A DNA stretch of 64,000 bases from Neophaeotheca triangularis (taxonomy: Eukaryota). The stretch is from contig BAAIJX010000011.1 in assembly GCA_054600435.1 (NCBI GenBank), positions 496,001 through 560,000 on the forward strand, read 5' to 3'. Of the stretch, positions 60,881 through 64,000 are shown in pieces. Below the pieces are notes generated by a model. That model was not told where the DNA came from, searched no databases, and worked only from the letters and a program-made list of their open reading frames with translations. The translations under genes were made by a program, and so were the position numbers. Each line of letters begins with the position of its first letter. The stretch's first letter is position 1.

Positions 60881-61822
60881 TCAAATCAACCCAGCCCTGC
60901 GCAAAGCGGCGTCCAAGACTGCCTGCTCCCGGTCTAGTCTCCGCTGCCTCTCCGTCCTCGCGTCCGCCATCTCCTCGTAGTCCTCGTCGCTGTTGCCGCC
61001 CATCAAAGTCTCCGTCGAGTGCAGCAACTGCGGGTGCAGAGCCACTGGGGGCCGGGAAGGGCGGTCGGCGGCGGCGGCGAGGAGCTCTCCTTGGCGCTGG
61101 CGGAGGCCCGCGTTGTCGTAGGCGCCGTGGACTGCTGTTGGCCGACCGCGGGGGTCGAACCTGGGCCGGAGGCGAGAGTTGGGGTTGCCCGCCGTGGCTG
61201 CGTTCCCGGTGGCTCCTCCATGTTCGTTGCGATTGCTGCGGTTGTTGCGGCGGCGGGCGGTGCGGTTGCGGCCATCTCTGTTGTTGGCGGCGGCTTGAGG
61301 GTTTTGGGTGTTGCGTTGGCCCGAGGGATGGAAGTTTAGGCCCCAGTCGAGGTATCCGGTGGATAAGAGTAGAGTGAGGACGATGACGGAGAGGCAGTCG
61401 AAGGTTACGAAGATCCAGGTAGCTGCTTTGACCCAGGTGGCTTCGTACCAAGGGGGCGCGTCTTTGGCAAAGGGCTGCCAGGGCTCTTCGAAATCATTGG
61501 GATCTGAGGGGTTGTCTGGTTGGGGGTCAAGATCGCGTTTGTTAAGGGTAGCGGGGAGGGTAGTACATGTAGGTGGTATAGAGCCAGGAGTCGCTTCATC
61601 GTCGGGTAGAACAATCCATGTAGGAGTGTTGCCATCGGTATAGAATATGATGTTGGCGCGCTCGATATTGGAGGCCGGCGTGGTGTCAGTAGGAGCAGTC
61701 GCTGCAGTGGGTAGGTCGAGCTCGTTGATCTCCTGGTCGGTTCCAGCGGCGAAGGCAACCTTGACAGAAGAGAGTTGCACAAGCGCCAATAGAGCGATGA
61801 TGAAGGGGAACAGGAGAGCCAT
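60881..61822 (-). CDS. Uncharacterised single-pass membrane protein (signal peptide, one TM helix, Arg-rich tail)
   Basis: MALLFPFIIALLALVQLSS signal, TM WIFVTFDCLSVIVLTLLLSTGYL, 313-aa ORF with good ATG context. Confidence 0.7.
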   Translation of the reverse strand: MALLFPFIIALLALVQLSSVKVAFAAGTDQEINELDLPTAATAPTDTTPASNIERANIIFYTDGNTPTWIVLPDDEATPGSIPPTCTTLPATLNKRDLDPQPDNPSDPNDFEEPWQPFAKDAPPWYEATWVKAATWIFVTFDCLSVIVLTLLLSTGYLDWGLNFHPSGQRNTQNPQAAANNRDGRNRTARRRNNRSNRNEHGGATGNAATAGNPNSRLRPRFDPRGRPTAVHGAYDNAGLRQRQGELLAAAADRPSRPPVALHPQLLHSTETLMGGNSDEDYEEMADARTERQRRLDREQAVLDAALRRAGLI

Positions 61823-62188
61823 TTCGTTTTATCAGGCGTTGAGTAGCGAGAGGGTGGATGATGGATATGCCTGCTGGACGTGACGGGTGTGAAAGAGAGT
61901 TACCAAAAGCGCAAGAGGTGTTGCGAGTATAATTATGTCTGCAAGGTGAGGATGCGTTAAGGTGAGGTCGTAGGGAGTGAGGTTGAAACATGGGCGGACT
62001 GCCAGGCGTTACGCAGCACCCTCTCTTTTTGCGCGAAACAGAGAAAACAAGAAGACTTACCTCTGCACACAACGGAAAGACTAACGAGAGTCAACTTACT
62101 CTTGCGCACTGGAAAATAGTTTCGCGGCTATGCTATCAAAACGCGACGCTCATAAACTTTCCGCTGGCTTTATACAAAAGGCTACCTC

Positions 62189-63925
62189 TCAACCCGACTT
62201 CTCCCAGGGCAGCGAGAAGGTTCCAACCCAGTCCTCGACCTCCCTTCTCAACTCGATGATCTCGGAAATCTCTTCACCCTCCTGCACGTACTCCCTGAAC
62301 GCGTTGACACTGGCTGGGTTCTTCCTCCCTGCCTTCTCCGCTACCTCTGTGGCCTTGGTGTCCAGCATCTTGGTGATGTTGACCGCGCGGTGTACAATGT
62401 CTCCAACCCGGCTGAAGTCTGCCGGCTGGAATCCTCGCGTGGTCATGGCGGGGGTACCGATTCTGATTCCTCCAGGCTTCATTGCGCTCTTGTCTCCGGG
62501 AACAGTGTTCTTGTTGGCCGCAATGCCTACCAGCTCGAGCACACGCTCAACACGGGCACCATCAATGTTCTTGGACTTCAAATCGACCAGAACAAGATGG
62601 TTGTCCGTGCCGCCACTCACGATGTTGTACTCGTATCCGCCGTTCTCCTTGCTGTCACCCAACCTCGCGGCGAGAGCCTGGGCGTTTTCCAGCACGGTCT
62701 TCTGGTACTCCTTGAATTCAGGTTGCTGAGCTTGGTGGAGTGCCACCGCCAGTGCGGTAATGGTGTGGTTGTGAGGGCCTCCTTGGTGACCCGGGAACAC
62801 AGAGGAGTTGATGGGATTCTCAAGGTTGTAGACCTCCTCAACCTTGGTCTTGGGATCGATCTTTCTGGTGCCCTTGCGGAAAAAGATCATAGCACCCCGA
62901 GGCCCTCTCAAGCTCTTGTGGGTTGTAGTAGTAACGATGTCCGCGTGCTCAAAGGGCGAAGGGGTCACGCCACCAGCCACAAGACCGGAGATATGGGCCA
63001 TGTCTGCGAGCAGATAGCAGTTCCCGACCTTGTCCACAATCTTCCTGAACCTCTCGTAATCGATTACCCGCGAGTATGCGCTAGTTCCAGCAATGATGAT
63101 CTTTGGCCGGTACAGCATCGCCAGCTCCTCAAGCTTGTCGTAGTCGATGAGACCAGTCTTCTCGTCCAGTCGGTAGGGCAAGGTTTCGAAGTATTTAGAG
63201 ATGGCGGAGATTTTCTTGGTAGGTGTTTGGTAGCCGTGGGACAAATGCCCGCCGTGTGGGAGGTCAAGACCCATGATACGGTCGTGCGTGTTTAGCACAG
63301 CTGAGAAGGCGTAGAGGTTCGCGGGGGAGCCGGACAGCGCTGGTCTACTGTCAGCCTATGCTTCATACCTATCCTGCAAGCACGACTTACGCTGGACGTT
63401 GACACCCCATTTGGCCGGGTCTGCCCCGAATGTCTGCAACGCTCTTGTCTGGCACAGTCTCTCGGCTTCGTCGATGTGCTCGTTGCCACCGTAGTATCTG
63501 GCACCGGGGTATCCTTCAGAGTACTTGTTCTGCATAACGCTTCCTAGCGCATCCAATACAGACTGGCTTGTGAAGTTCTCGGACGGAATAAGGTTGATGA
63601 AGTGCTTTTGTCTCCGTTTTTCCTGTCGCCATTGTTAGAACAGGCTGTTTCTTGAGCAGTGCCAGGATTCGTATCGTACCTTGCGGATGATCTCGAAGAC
63701 GGTAGGGTCGGCCTCCTCGAGGTTCGCAGAGAGGAGCTATAGCATCTGTCAGTATCATGCCACCCTCAATGGCGCTGGCGGGTCACCAACCTTGTGCTGC
63801 CCTTCGGTCGACATGGCTCGCCATGCTGTCGCCCTCAATGGCTGGCAGCGCTCGACCAGCGGCCTTGTGCATGCGCGATACATGCCGGCGCTGGCGCCCC
63901 TGGCGGAAGCTCTCAGAGACGACAT
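62189..63925 (-). CDS. SHM1: Mitochondrial serine hydroxymethyltransferase (3 introns near the 5' end)
   Basis: Presequence, [44 protein letters not shown]-binding [35 protein letters not shown]. Confidence 0.95.
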
Positions 63926-64000
63926 GATTGCGGTAGAGGTAGCAGAGGTGGGTTGTGTCACTCTGAGGCTCGCAGCAATAATTAAGTCGTCTCGAAAAGC

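Noticed and set aside
62150..62191. Cryptic peroxisomal PTS1 through SHM1 stop readthrough
   Set aside because: The context is TGA GAG, not TGA CTA, and the extension ends in ESL, which is not a PTS1.
62390..63295. 301-aa + strand ORF, and similar antisense ORFs over RPA2, JHD1, GH128 and CUL3
   Set aside because: Shadow ORFs antisense to well-supported genes, with no recognisable domains.

Overview
Gene-dense, intron-containing eukaryotic DNA from a filamentous ascomycete (Pezizomycotina; Dothideomycete-like is my impression only). Introns are short GT-AG type with CTAAC/CTGAC branch points. I find about 25 protein-coding genes, mostly housekeeping: RPA2/RPA135 (5'-truncated by the window), SEC24, AIM24, ATM1, two Zn2Cys6 transcription factors, a GT31 glycosyltransferase, a small three-exon CON-6 gene absent from the ORF track, SYP1, an Ariadne RBR ligase, GCD6, SKN7, a Prx5-type peroxiredoxin, PET112, ZIM17, CUL3, a GH128 glucanase, a phosphohexomutase, SWD3, JHD1, SF3B6/p14, two uncharacterised genes and SHM1. 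I saw no transposon, rRNA, tRNA or CRISPR array. The best leads are: a candidate structured ncRNA between RPA2 and SEC24; an in-frame 110-codon extension behind the p14 TAG; two alternative CUL3 N-termini; a recurrent intergenic TACCTAGGTA palindrome; and a head-to-head SKN7-peroxiredoxin pair. All gene models and family calls were made by eye, with no database searches.
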